From NCBI GenBank assembly GCA_003553085.1, contig PUPH01000031.1, forward strand, positions 3 to 64,002: DNA of 64,000 nucleotides. The letters run 5' to 3'. Position 1 is the stretch's first letter. Each line of letters opens with the position of its first letter. Both the position numbers and the translations under genes were made by a program. The DNA is from Thermoplasmata archaeon (lineage in GTDB: Archaea; Thermoplasmatota; Thermoplasmata; Halarchaeoplasmatales; Halarchaeoplasmataceae). Below the pieces are notes generated by a model. It was not told the origin of the DNA. It made no database searches and worked only from the letters and a program-made list of their open reading frames with translations. This document shows, piece after piece, positions 39,201-47,938 of the stretch.

Positions 39201-40414
39201 CAATAGATCTATCTCCAGACGATGCTCATCTTTGGTTTAAGAAAGGCGAGTTACAGATGGAGATAGAAGATCACGCAGGTGCTCTGGAAAGCTTCGACGA
39301 GGCTACGGAGATAGATCCGGATTACGAAGAAGCATGGTTCGAGAAAGGACGTGTTTTAGAGGAGGTCAGTAGGTATCAGCGGGCGATAGAGGCATACGAC
39401 CGTGCCATCGGTTTAAAGTCAGAAGATAAATACGCCTGGAATAACAAAGGTCGAGTACTTATCGAAGTGGGTAAAACGGATAAGGCTATACGTGCATTCG
39501 AGAAGGCACTTGAACTCGACCCTGAGATGGAATCAGCTAGACATGGTCTGGACATAGCTAGAGAAAAGGAAGAGGAAAGGAAGTTAGAAGAGTACGCCAA
39601 ACGGATACTTGAATATGAATGTTCCAGGAATCGTGAGATCTCGAAAGAAGAAGCTTTCAAAAAATGCAATGTCCCCTATAACTACATAGACGATGTGTTC
39701 GGTTATCTATCACTACGTGAAGCCCTGGACATCGGTGCTTTAGATGAAGAAGAGAAAGACAAGTTGGAGAACGCTTCTCGAGCGGTATTGAAGAAACTAG
39801 CATTGGTATCTCGGGAAAGCCTGATAAAAAATGGGGTGAGGCTCTGTGACATAGTCACTAACTTCCCCGACAAATCGATACCGGAAGCCAAAAGGGTCCT
39901 TGAATACATCCGTGAAGTCGATTCAATGGATATCTCTGCCGAACAGATAGATGAAAAAACCGAACGTTTATTGAGGAAAAGGGTGCTGACGCTCCCTGAA
40001 GAAAAACGTGATTTCCTCACGCTGATCACCAATCTGAACGTGGGTATATATCAAGCGAAGAAGGTACTGGCCGCATTGAAGAAGTTCGAAGGAAAGGATT
40101 ATAAACCGCCCAGTACAGAGATATCGACTCTGGTACAGGAAGATTTCGTAAGAAAAGAAGATAAAGCGGAGATAGACACCGTTGGTGAAGAGCAAAAATC
40201 TGAAAAGCCGAAAAAGAAGGTGAAAAAGAAGGTGAGTTCCGAACCGGAGCCGGACTGTCATTTCTGTGGCAAAGCGACCAACTACAAACACGACTGCAAT
40301 GAACTACCTTTATGCCCTTCCTGTGAATCCAAACATGCTGGAGAATTCTGCCCAGAGTGTAGTGAATTGATCGGTTCCATTGACACCGACGAAGAAGACG
40401 ATATGATGCTCTAA
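36236..40414 (+). CDS. Giant TPR-repeat protein (1392 aa) with a non-TPR C-terminal region ending in a zinc ribbon
   Basis: More than 30 consecutive 34-aa TPR units. The C-terminus has CHFCGKATNYKHDCNELPLCPSCESKHAGEFCPECS. Confidence 0.8.
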   Translation: MGFLDSIDNLLDKEKRVLNKAQKYLDKSEEQRQEGDISKAKELCDRTWDLLKKHEENFSEQQEEVSKAFDRLGWLYYHLGYEDHALHSEDQAIRYDNNNIEALNHKALILTQKGSPSKGLKLLSRALEIDRKNKYSLINRGDILTKMGRKEEAVRTYEKALEVDEDDISVYDKILEIEPRNGEIWAKRGLALKRGGNYEKAIESFNKSLEINPNQEKIWLYKGLTLRDMEKLNDAVVCFDNGLEINPDNKDLWSAKGTTLHLLKRDEDALEAFSRALEIDSEDKDLWNRKGTILYEMERHIEAVEAFDKGIAIDPSDVRLLNNKKEALKPLGRYEELIRVCDRILEKNPSDAGSLYDKGVALHKLGKPEEAIAQLEEALSYNPKDIYALEREKKIYKEQQDWENVVRTADRILEFEPNNWEACYDKGTSLLKLNNPQGALESFEETLRIKDNDLDALVGKKEALKSLGNYEEVVFVCDRIISMDPDNIEAYFDRAKSHEKLREYDRAIRDYRKGLSYDPSNDEAWNDKGLCEYRLKRYEEALESFDKAIGINSDDKKYWNNKAHCLVKLERYEEAIKSYDKALEIDVSDDRIWYSKGLALEGLNRYEEAIISYDKALEIDDENARVLYSKAIALEWLDRYEEAVEAFDKSLKIKPNNRFAYIRKGLALANLGRHEDAVQAYDRALDMQSQDIKLLEKKKDSLITLTRWSDIIETCDRILDIDSNNLQAWRDKGEALKKLGEPQSALDCFERALSIQESVVDLVKAKDLLKELNMPEEVVEHCERIIEDDPENIEAWQDKAMALKLLKRREEALEAFDEALDLDPDNKKMWLHRGMVFEHLEQYENAIRSYNEAQELDPTDVIPIARKAECLRKMERYSEASEWFDKAMDLEPENTLYINRKGRCLIEIGELEEADELFERSLNIDDQNGTTWKYKGILAEKLEKYEEAISALDTAVKLGIDDSEVWITKAECYDYLGRKRDAIDTYDKAIDLSPDDAHLWFKKGELQMEIEDHAGALESFDEATEIDPDYEEAWFEKGRVLEEVSRYQRAIEAYDRAIGLKSEDKYAWNNKGRVLIEVGKTDKAIRAFEKALELDPEMESARHGLDIAREKEEERKLEEYAKRILEYECSRNREISKEEAFKKCNVPYNYIDDVFGYLSLREALDIGALDEEEKDKLENASRAVLKKLALVSRESLIKNGVRLCDIVTNFPDKSIPEAKRVLEYIREVDSMDISAEQIDEKTERLLRKRVLTLPEEKRDFLTLITNLNVGIYQAKKVLAALKKFEGKDYKPPSTEISTLVQEDFVRKEDKAEIDTVGEEQKSEKPKKKVKKKVSSEPEPDCHFCGKATNYKHDCNELPLCPSCESKHAGEFCPECSELIGSIDTDEEDDMML

Positions 40415-40953
40415 AAGAAACCTTGTCGACGCCTCTTGATGTCTGTCCTTTTGCTCTCAAGGTAGCTGTAAACCGAGCTGTGTTCCGCACCCTCTAGTAT
40501 CATCTGTATCGCCCTTCGTGCGATGGACAGTTCCAAAGAAGATCCGATTATAGCAACGGTGTTACCATAAACAGAAACATAGCTCTCGCTCAGTTCTTCT
40601 ATCAATTCCCTAGTTCTACCTTCTTTCCCGATTATCCGAGCCTTCATGCGGTGTACCGCATTGGAACTCTTTCCTACGTAAGAACGTATATCCATGAGTT
40701 CAAAGTAGATCTCGTCATCCACTAGAGATAGGGCTTTTTTAGGATTGAATCCACGACCTATGGCTCTGATAATGTCTTCCACCTTGAGTTTTAACACAGG
40801 ATCTTCCACTTCTCGTGTATCGATCTCAACGACACCAGTTTTGGAATCGATATCCAATGTGGTACCTGTAACTTCTTCGATCTTCATTTTTGTCTTACCA
40901 CCCTCACCGATGAGTACACCGATACGGTCCTTTGGGATCTTTATTGTTGGCAT
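40411..40953 (-). CDS. KH-domain RNA-binding protein (Dim2/Krr1-like, two KH domains)
   Basis: GxxG loops IGEGGKT and IGKEGRT. Adjacent to the Rio kinase gene, as is typical in archaea. Confidence 0.75.
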   Translation of the reverse strand: MPTIKIPKDRIGVLIGEGGKTKMKIEEVTGTTLDIDSKTGVVEIDTREVEDPVLKLKVEDIIRAIGRGFNPKKALSLVDDEIYFELMDIRSYVGKSSNAVHRMKARIIGKEGRTRELIEELSESYVSVYGNTVAIIGSSLELSIARRAIQMILEGAEHSSVYSYLESKRTDIKRRRQGFF

Positions 40954-40958
40954 GGATA

Positions 40959-41708
40959 TCAGCTCTCTTCCTCCATGATAGTTTTGATAATTATATCTTC
41001 TGTTGTTTCCAGCCCGTATTTGCTGAAATATCTGGATAGATTCGATACGTCTCTTAAAAATAGTTCATCGGCCATTGGATGACTTGTTGGTACGGATTGA
41101 GACACATCGATCAAGTAAGGTACCCCTTCGGAATACAAGATATTGTATTCGCTCAAGTCACCATGTATCATCTTTGCCTTTTTTACCGATATGCGATAAT
41201 TTTCTAGAACTATATCGTAGATGTCCTTCATTTCGTCCAGTTCCAAATGTACATCCTTTAACAGAGGTGCTGCCACACCCTGATGTTCTAAAAGCTTCAT
41301 GATGAGCACATTTTTTGAAAATGTGACCGGCTCTGGAACATTCATGGAATGTTCATGCATCCGTTTAAGATTAGAGAATTCTTTTCTAGTCCAGTTATAG
41401 ACCAGATTCCTACCTCTTCCCACACGTTTGAACCTATAATCCCCCTCGATATACTTACGATATTCTTTAAAAATTGAAGTGCTCAATCTCATAATCTTTA
41501 TGGCTAATAGCTCACCTTCAGGAGATACCGCTCTGAAGACCTTCGCCTCTTTTCCGGTAGATATGGGATAATCTACATATTCCACGTAATCCTTGTTCAT
41601 AAGATCATAAAGGACTTCCAAGGTGCTCTTGTCGAAAACCTCGTCTATGGTCTTTCTACCGGGAACATAGATCTCTTCTTCATTCCGACTCATATCATCG
41701 ATCTTCAC
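40959..41708 (-). CDS. rio1: RIO-type serine/threonine protein kinase (Rio1-like)
   Basis: STGKEAKVFRA...AIKIMR, the catalytic loop HGDLSEYNIL and the metal-binding IDVSQSV. Confidence 0.8.
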   Translation of the reverse strand: MKIDDMSRNEEEIYVPGRKTIDEVFDKSTLEVLYDLMNKDYVEYVDYPISTGKEAKVFRAVSPEGELLAIKIMRLSTSIFKEYRKYIEGDYRFKRVGRGRNLVYNWTRKEFSNLKRMHEHSMNVPEPVTFSKNVLIMKLLEHQGVAAPLLKDVHLELDEMKDIYDIVLENYRISVKKAKMIHGDLSEYNILYSEGVPYLIDVSQSVPTSHPMADELFLRDVSNLSRYFSKYGLETTEDIIIKTIMEEES

Positions 41709-41719
41709 TACGATGGAAG

Positions 41720-42067
41720 TTAAAAACGTTTCGAATCTTCCACAGGGTACTTGCTCCTGTTTTTTTCCAACTTTTTCATCACTGCTTTACCTAGGTCAAT
41801 ATCCATCACATCCACCAAAGAGAGAAGATAGATGAATACATCCGCCATCTCCTCCTCGACCCGCTCCTTTTCAACCATATCCGGATCTCTCCACTGAAAC
41901 AACTCTAGTAATTCCGCAGCCTCTACAGATATCGATATGGAGAGGTCCTTGGGATTATGGTATCTCAACCAATCGCGTCGATCCCTGAACTTCACGACCT
42001 CTTTTTTTAACTCATCGATCTTATTCATGGTTCCTTGAACTATCAAGGTATATTTCAGTCTTGTCAA
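41720..42067 (-). CDS. MazG-like nucleotide pyrophosphohydrolase
   Basis: EAAELLELFQW...EEEMADVFIYLLSL, the EExxE/D MazG signature. Confidence 0.65.
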   Translation of the reverse strand: MTRLKYTLIVQGTMNKIDELKKEVVKFRDRRDWLRYHNPKDLSISISVEAAELLELFQWRDPDMVEKERVEEEMADVFIYLLSLVDVMDIDLGKAVMKKLEKNRSKYPVEDSKRF

Positions 42068-42113
42068 AAGAGATGATAAGAATGGGTTTCATTGACTCTA
42101 CCTATGTGTCATC

Positions 42114-42422
42114 TCAGGCCAGTTTCATAGTTATTTCCATGGAAGACACGTTGGCGGTACCATCGTCACCTTCACGTTCTAACTGTTCAGTGTCGGTTAT
42201 GATCTCGATGATCTCTGACTCTGGCACGAATCTGTGCCTGGTGATCTCCGCTACATCCACTGCTTTACTTATGGCTCTGCCTCTTGCTTTGATCACTACT
42301 TCGTTCGAGCCACTGTTGAACTGAGTCACGACAGCCATTACGTAGTTCATGGTTTCTTTTTTTCCGATATACACTGTGTTTTCATCATCCATCTGTATTC
42401 CTCCTGGATCGATTCTAGGCAC
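42114..42422 (-). CDS. albA: Alba (Sso10b) DNA/RNA-binding protein
   Basis: [44 protein letters not shown] is near-identical in pattern to Alba. Confidence 0.9.
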   Translation of the reverse strand: MPRIDPGGIQMDDENTVYIGKKETMNYVMAVVTQFNSGSNEVVIKARGRAISKAVDVAEITRHRFVPESEIIEIITDTEQLEREGDDGTANVSSMEITMKLA

Positions 42423-42490
42423 GACTCTAACTTAAGGCAGGTATTTAATATTTTGGTTTTTGAACTATAAACATGATCTTCAGCAAAAAG

Positions 42491-42628
42491 CGGACTCGCC
42501 GGGAGTTCCGTCCGATGAGGTGTTTCCTCACCAATTTTCGAACCCGGGTTTGGGGCTCCGGAGGCCCCAGTGATATCCATTGTAGTCCAAGCACGAGTAT
42601 GTACGTTGGATTGCTACACCACGAGCCC
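42491..42628 (-). tRNA. tRNA-Arg (anticodon CCG) with two putative 32-nt non-canonical introns. The mature form is about 74 nt with no encoded CCA.
   Basis: Acceptor stem GGGCUCG/CGAGUCC. D-arm GUGU-AGCA[intron]UGGAUA-UCAC. Anticodon stem-loop GGGGC-CUCCGGA-GCCCC. T-arm CCGGG-UUCGAA[intron]U-CCCGG. Discriminator G is followed by an oligo-U run. Confidence 0.6.
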
Positions 42629-42780
42629 TATTTATTTTTGAATTCCGTATATCCACACTTTCCGCAGGATACCCTATCTTCATGTACCGCTAGGAAAACA
42701 CCATCGCCGCATTTTGGGCAGCTGCGTCTCAAACGCTTCAGCTTGCCGTTCTCTACTTCGTACATATCTTTCTTAGCCAT
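42628..42780 (-). CDS. rps27ae: Ribosomal protein S27ae (eS31), 50 aa. Not in the ORF track because it is under 60 aa.
   Basis: Manual translation gives [50 protein letters not shown] with a C4 zinc ribbon. The stop codon's last G is the first G of the tRNA. Confidence 0.8.
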   Translation of the reverse strand: MAKKDMYEVENGKLKRLRRSCPKCGDGVFLAVHEDRVSCGKCGYTEFKNK

Positions 42781-42785
42781 CTCTA

Positions 42786-43088
42786 TCAACCCTTCAACTT
42801 GTTTCTAGCTATCTGGTAATCGCGTTCGTACTCCAATGCATCTTCTTTCTTATCGTATAGTTTTGCCTGGACCCTGGCTCTATCCATACCGAATTCTGAT
42901 CTGATCTTGTTCACTACTATCTTATCCTTTTCAAAACCGGTTAGTGATGCGATCCCTGCCTTTATCTGCTCTCGTGTGGGCGTGGGACCAGACTCATGAT
43001 GTACTGTTAGTACGAGTTCCCTTCTATTTAGGAGTTTGTTCTCCTTTTCCTCTTCTATGTCTATCGATATTTCCGACATTCTATCCAC
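42786..43088 (-). CDS. rps24e: Ribosomal protein S24e
   Basis: [27 protein letters not shown]...KLYD matches the S24e pattern. Canonical position upstream of S27ae. Confidence 0.85.
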   Translation of the reverse strand: MDRMSEISIDIEEEKENKLLNRRELVLTVHHESGPTPTREQIKAGIASLTGFEKDKIVVNKIRSEFGMDRARVQAKLYDKKEDALEYERDYQIARNKLKG

Positions 43089-43593
43089 CTTGGTTCACTT
43101 TTTCCATACTATTTATTACTTGCCACGTCTTTTCCTTGATTTTATCGTCTATGATATTGACTACCATGCCCTCTAAGGGTATCCCATATATTACAATTCC
43201 TCCTATAGGGGCTAGAGCTATAGATGCCAATGCAAGTAAGTCCTCTTCTCCATGCACATTGATCAACACCGGTTCATGGGATAAAACGGCGTCTTCGATG
43301 GCTTCCCATGCCTCTACCGTTATATACTCCGGAGGATTGTGGACTTCGACTTGAATCCCTACATCGGGTCTATCTCCCTTGAAAGGTCCTCGACGCGTTT
43401 TACCGTCGAAGATCCCTACATCCGGAATCACACCCTGCTCATGCAATACATCTAGCACGTAATCACCAACGGCGATCATAGGATGGTGATCCAAGTATCT
43501 TTCAGGTAGAGGACCAGAGACCACTTCGCCTAACTTTTGTTTTAGTGCATCTCTGAGCTCATTTGGTAGCTTCAGATCTCTATCTAAGGACAT
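43081..43593 (-). CDS. DUF359/UPF0218 protein (archaeal GTP-dependent dephospho-CoA kinase family)
   Basis: GEVVSGPLP...AVGDYVLDVL...GIFDGKTRRG. Conserved position between spt4 and rps24e in archaea. Confidence 0.65.
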   Translation of the reverse strand: MSLDRDLKLPNELRDALKQKLGEVVSGPLPERYLDHHPMIAVGDYVLDVLHEQGVIPDVGIFDGKTRRGPFKGDRPDVGIQVEVHNPPEYITVEAWEAIEDAVLSHEPVLINVHGEEDLLALASIALAPIGGIVIYGIPLEGMVVNIIDDKIKEKTWQVINSMEKVNQGG

Positions 43594-43599
43594 GATGTT

Positions 43600-43791
43600 T
43601 TATTCTCTTACTTTTAACGCAAATTTTCCGTTGGTACTGATACCCATCTTACGAGCCAATTCAGAGTGTTCGTGTTCGATGACTATCAAGTACCCCTGCC
43701 ACTCTTTGGCTACTTCAGAACCACAGAGTGGGCATTCGTTCTCATCTGTGATGGCGTTACACCTCTTGCAGGCTTTCATCTTCTTTGCCAT
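43600..43791 (-). CDS. spt4: Transcription elongation factor Spt4 (RNA polymerase subunit E'')
   Basis: 63 aa, CKRC...CPLCGS zinc finger, adjacent to rpoE'. Confidence 0.8.
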   Translation of the reverse strand: MAKKMKACKRCNAITDENECPLCGSEVAKEWQGYLIVIEHEHSELARKMGISTNGKFALKVRE

Positions 43792-43792
43792 T

Positions 43793-44341
43793 TTAAGCCT
43801 CCTGTTTCTCTTCTATCCATTCCAGCTTACCCAATCCAGTTTGGCGCATGGTCAAACCGATCTTGCTCTCCCTAGGACTTCGCTCGTTAACGCTGACGGT
43901 CACTATCCTGGCCCTCAGCTTGTCGTTGACGCCGATCTCTTTTTTGGACTCTCGTCCTCTGAGACGCTGATTTCCGATGTCAACCTCCACCTTATCGTTC
44001 ATTATCTGACTTATGTGAAGCAATCCATCGAGTGGACCGAACCTTACGAATGCACCGAACTTGAGTATCTCGCACACGTATCCATGTATCAACTCGTGTT
44101 CCTCTAATTCGAAAACCAGTGCGTCATAGGTAACATGCTGATATATACCACCGTCACCGTGAACGATCTTTCCGTCTCCAACACGCTCGACGTTGGTGGC
44201 CATGATGATCAGCTTATTACCGTCTTCAAGGGTTCCCTCAAAGGTTTCATTAGCTATCTCTCCTGATATCTCATCTAGGTCCTCGTCTAACCTGTCTGGA
44301 GGGATCCTTATACTGTCCTTTTTCTTTTCCATCTTGTACAT
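43793..44341 (-). CDS. rpoE: DNA-directed RNA polymerase subunit E' (Rpo7), S1 domain
   Basis: S1 fold motif GYVCEILKFGAFVRFG...GLLHISQI. Gene order rpoE'-spt4. Confidence 0.8.
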   Translation of the reverse strand: MYKMEKKKDSIRIPPDRLDEDLDEISGEIANETFEGTLEDGNKLIIMATNVERVGDGKIVHGDGGIYQHVTYDALVFELEEHELIHGYVCEILKFGAFVRFGPLDGLLHISQIMNDKVEVDIGNQRLRGRESKKEIGVNDKLRARIVTVSVNERSPRESKIGLTMRQTGLGKLEWIEEKQEA

Positions 44342-44355
44342 GTGGTTTCACCGAT

Positions 44356-46437
44356 TTAAATGAGTCCGTACTTGGCTATCACGCTGGCAAAAACCAGAGC
44401 CACGATAGACATCAACTTTATCAATATGTTCAAAGAAGGACCTGAGGTATCTTTGAACGGGTCGCCGACAGTGTCACCTACAACTGCGGCCTTGTGAGCG
44501 TCCGAGCCCTTACCTCCATGGTGCCCCTGTTCTATGTACTTTTTGGCGTTATCCCATGCACCGCCTGCGTTGGCCATCATTATCGCAAGCACAAAGCCAG
44601 TACCCACAGACGCCATCAGGAAACCTCCCAATGCCGCAGGTCCGAGCAGTAAGCCGACTGCTACAGGTACTACTATGGCTAATATGCCGGGTATCACCAT
44701 CTCTCTGAGTGCTGATGCGGTGCTGAGATTTATCACCCTTTGATAGTCTGCATCAGCTTCGCCTTCTATTAGCCCGGGTATCTCTTTGAACTGCCTTCTG
44801 ACTTCCTTGACAATCTCGAAGGCTGACTTACCAACGGCCTTCATCGTGATGGCACAGAATATGAACGGTACCATAGCACCGAGGAAGATGCCCACGAGAA
44901 CGGGAGGCTCAAGGATGCTGAAGTCACCGATAGCGATGTCTACCCGTGTAGCATAAGCTGCTGTCAAAGTAAGGGCGGTCAAGGCTGCAGAGCCGATGGC
45001 GAATCCTTTTCCAGTGGCGGCAGTGGTATTTCCTAGGGAGTCCAAAGCATCGGTCCTATCCCTGACCTTGGGATCGAGTCCGCTCATCTCCGCAAGACCA
45101 CCTGCGTTATCCGCCACAGGACCATAAGCATCTGTCGAGAGTGTGACTCCCAGGGTTGAGAGCATACCGACCGCGGATATGGCTACTCCATAAAGCCCTG
45201 CTAAATAGAATGATGTGAGTATGGCTGCACAAACTATTATCACCGGGAACAGAGTACTTTCCATACCGCTCGCGATACCCTGTATGATGAACGTAGCAGG
45301 ACCCGTTTCGGTGGATTGTGCCAGTGTTTTGGTCGGTTTGTACCTATCTGAAGTATAATATTCCGTGAAATAGCCTATCAAAGAGCCCGCTACGAGTCCA
45401 GCTATCACCGCTCCCCATATACCCAGGTTATCGGGTGCGAGTAGATAAACTATGATAAAGGAAAAAACGGCAACGATAACTGCTGCACCATAAGTTCCAC
45501 GTCGTAGAGCATTCAACAACGCTTCTTGGCTTGCATCTTCCCTCGTCCTTACGAAGAATATGGCCACCATGGAAGCTATTATACCTGCAGCGGCGATAAG
45601 AAGGGGGATGGCGAATATTTCAGCACCCATACCATCCACGGGACTCTCCAACAAAGGAGTCATATCAGAGCCTTCATAGGCCATCCACCCGAGGGTAAGA
45701 GCCGCTATGATCGAGTTAGTGTATGATTCGTAAAGGTCGGCACCCATGCCGGCAACGTCGCCCACGTTATCACCGACGTTATCGGCGATCACTGCTGGGT
45801 TCCGAGGATCGTCTTCTGCAATGCCGGCCTCGACTTTACCAGCCAAGTCTGCGCCTACATCGGCAGCTTTGGTGTAGATACCTCCTCCCACACGGGCGAA
45901 GAGTGCTATAGAACTTGCACCGAAACCGAATCCGGCTATGAACGTCAGGGAATCCTCCAGCCCCACCATATAATCCGTTAATAAGAGTACGGAACTCAAT
46001 CCTAGAAGTCCAAGGCTGACCACGGACATACCCATGACCGCACCACCCCTGAATGCTATACGAAGTGATTTATCTAGACTTTTTCGGGCAGCCTGTGTCG
46101 TGGGTGCACTGGAATTGGTCGCGGTGATCATCCCAAGATATCCTGCGGTAGCGGATAATATCGCACCCACCAAGAAAGCTAACGCGGTATAGGGTGCATG
46201 TCCATCAGCTACATCCATGCCCGCTAGCAATATAGCCACTATGGCTACAAAGATAGCTATGTATTTGTACTCAGTATGTAGATATGTTTTAGCCCCTACC
46301 TGCACTTGACCAGCGATCTTTTTCATCAAACTCGTTCCACAGTCCTGTTTGGAGATATATTTTGTAAAGTATCCCGCCAACACTATTCCGAGCAAAGATG
46401 CCAATATCGCTACTATGCCGTACTCTATGCCATTCAT
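44356..46437 (-). CDS. hppA: Membrane-bound proton-translocating pyrophosphatase
   Basis: About 16 TM helices. Signature motifs GGG(I)[28 protein letters not shown] and [13 protein letters not shown]. Confidence 0.9.
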   Translation of the reverse strand: MNGIEYGIVAILASLLGIVLAGYFTKYISKQDCGTSLMKKIAGQVQVGAKTYLHTEYKYIAIFVAIVAILLAGMDVADGHAPYTALAFLVGAILSATAGYLGMITATNSSAPTTQAARKSLDKSLRIAFRGGAVMGMSVVSLGLLGLSSVLLLTDYMVGLEDSLTFIAGFGFGASSIALFARVGGGIYTKAADVGADLAGKVEAGIAEDDPRNPAVIADNVGDNVGDVAGMGADLYESYTNSIIAALTLGWMAYEGSDMTPLLESPVDGMGAEIFAIPLLIAAAGIIASMVAIFFVRTREDASQEALLNALRRGTYGAAVIVAVFSFIIVYLLAPDNLGIWGAVIAGLVAGSLIGYFTEYYTSDRYKPTKTLAQSTETGPATFIIQGIASGMESTLFPVIIVCAAILTSFYLAGLYGVAISAVGMLSTLGVTLSTDAYGPVADNAGGLAEMSGLDPKVRDRTDALDSLGNTTAATGKGFAIGSAALTALTLTAAYATRVDIAIGDFSILEPPVLVGIFLGAMVPFIFCAITMKAVGKSAFEIVKEVRRQFKEIPGLIEGEADADYQRVINLSTASALREMVIPGILAIVVPVAVGLLLGPAALGGFLMASVGTGFVLAIMMANAGGAWDNAKKYIEQGHHGGKGSDAHKAAVVGDTVGDPFKDTSGPSLNILIKLMSIVALVFASVIAKYGLI

Positions 46438-46558
46438 TTTAACACCTGATTGATTAAAGGCACTGAAATTTAGTATTTATATTTTTTCGATGTTCTGTGA
46501 TAAATCCATCGTATTTTATTTTATGATCTACAACGGAAAAGACCTAATCATTATGGAT

Positions 46559-47938
46559 TCATCCGGAAACGAAAGACAAGTCCTCCACGCGTACATACGG
46601 CAACTCCATGCAAAGCACGGTGACTACGAGCTCAATGTCTGAAGATATATTCGATATATTTGTAAAGAGGTCGAAAACATTTCCAGATACCATCATCTGC
46701 TTCAGCGGATGTACTATCTCACCACCTTTGATCATATGTCCACCTTTGACTACTCCCGAAAAATCACCGCTGACCGGATCGACATCTCCAGAAAATCTAT
46801 TGATCAGAACTCCGTGCTCAACTTGTTCGATCATACTATCATATCCGATGTTCCCCGGTTTGACCACCAAGTTCGTTGGATCTATATAGGGTACCGACCG
46901 TGGCCCTCCGGAGGCGTGCCCAGTCGATACGGTCTCCATGGCACTGGCAGTATAGCTATTGTGAAACAACGACTTCAGTACCCCGTCTTCAACGACGGTC
47001 ATCTTTGGAGTGGGCAACCCTTCACGGTCGAAAGATCGGCTCCTCAACGCATCCTTCTTCGATGCATCATCGATCAATGTGAAGGATCCCGAAGCGATCT
47101 GCTCCTCCAACTTATCTCCCATGGGACTCAATCCCTTCACCACCCTATTTCCTTTCAAGGGGTATAGTAACCCCATGAACAAGATTTGTGCAAGGGCGTG
47201 TGGAGAGAAGATACCAACACCTTCGAAACTTTTACCCTTTTCAGCACCGAGGTTATCGACTGCGGCCAAAACCAGCTCTCTGGCAACACTCTCTACATCT
47301 ATGTCCTTGATCGTTATGGAACCGCCGGCTTTAACATCCATGTTGGATACCTCACCATGGGATGATGCCAATCCGATACCGAGATAGTGGAAACCGCTGG
47401 ACCGCTCGGATTCGGCTATACCCTTCGAGTTGATAACAGCCCTTTCTACGTCGTGGGATGCAAAAAAACCTTCGTTGAATCTGAACCTATCATCCGCTTC
47501 TAGAGCGGTATGAAGGAAGTTTTTTCCATACTCCAAGCCATCTTCGACCCCGAAATTCTCGATATCTTTGTCGTAGAGTCCATCTAATTTCTTGACTTTC
47601 ATCGGCGATGGTATATTATTATGCTTATCTGGTATCGAGGACCGGGCTAGCTTGACGGCTTCCTTTATCTTGTTTATGATAGCATCTTTGTCCAAAGAAT
47701 TGAGAGATGTGAATCCAAGCTTGCCATCTTGAATATAACGTATGCCCACCTGCTCCTTCTCATGGCATCTAGACATGTTGATCTCATCCCGTTGTATGCC
47801 CACATCTATGTTCTTGTCGGAACCCATATACAGTTCGATATCTCCGGGCACATCGACCTTTTCTAATATTTCCGCACCTAGATCCAGTAACTTTGACAAA
47901 TGAATACCTCCTCTACTTTCCTCCCACGGTGGCTTCAC
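46559..47938 (-). CDS. pmbA: PmbA/TldE-family protein (metallopeptidase-like, no HExxxH), copy 1
   Basis: Overall TldD/PmbA (U62) architecture without the HExxxH motif. Downstream partner of tldD-1 with overlapping ends. Confidence 0.7.
   Translation of the reverse strand: MKPPWEESRGGIHLSKLLDLGAEILEKVDVPGDIELYMGSDKNIDVGIQRDEINMSRCHEKEQVGIRYIQDGKLGFTSLNSLDKDAIINKIKEAVKLARSSIPDKHNNIPSPMKVKKLDGLYDKDIENFGVEDGLEYGKNFLHTALEADDRFRFNEGFFASHDVERAVINSKGIAESERSSGFHYLGIGLASSHGEVSNMDVKAGGSITIKDIDVESVARELVLAAVDNLGAEKGKSFEGVGIFSPHALAQILFMGLLYPLKGNRVVKGLSPMGDKLEEQIASGSFTLIDDASKKDALRSRSFDREGLPTPKMTVVEDGVLKSLFHNSYTASAMETVSTGHASGGPRSVPYIDPTNLVVKPGNIGYDSMIEQVEHGVLINRFSGDVDPVSGDFSGVVKGGHMIKGGEIVHPLKQMMVSGNVFDLFTNISNISSDIELVVTVLCMELPYVRVEDLSFVSG

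Noticed and set aside
36877-40490. Series of minus-strand ORFs (78-154 aa) inside the giant TPR gene
   Set aside because: They are antisense to a continuous 1392-aa TPR ORF, with low-complexity translations.
42580-42611. Alternative placement of the first tRNA intron at position 26/27, with D-stem GUGU/ACAU
   Set aside because: It yields a 13-nt D-loop lacking G18G19 and a 78-nt mature tRNA. The D-loop intron model restores the conserved D-loop residues and a 74-nt length. This still needs a BHB search.
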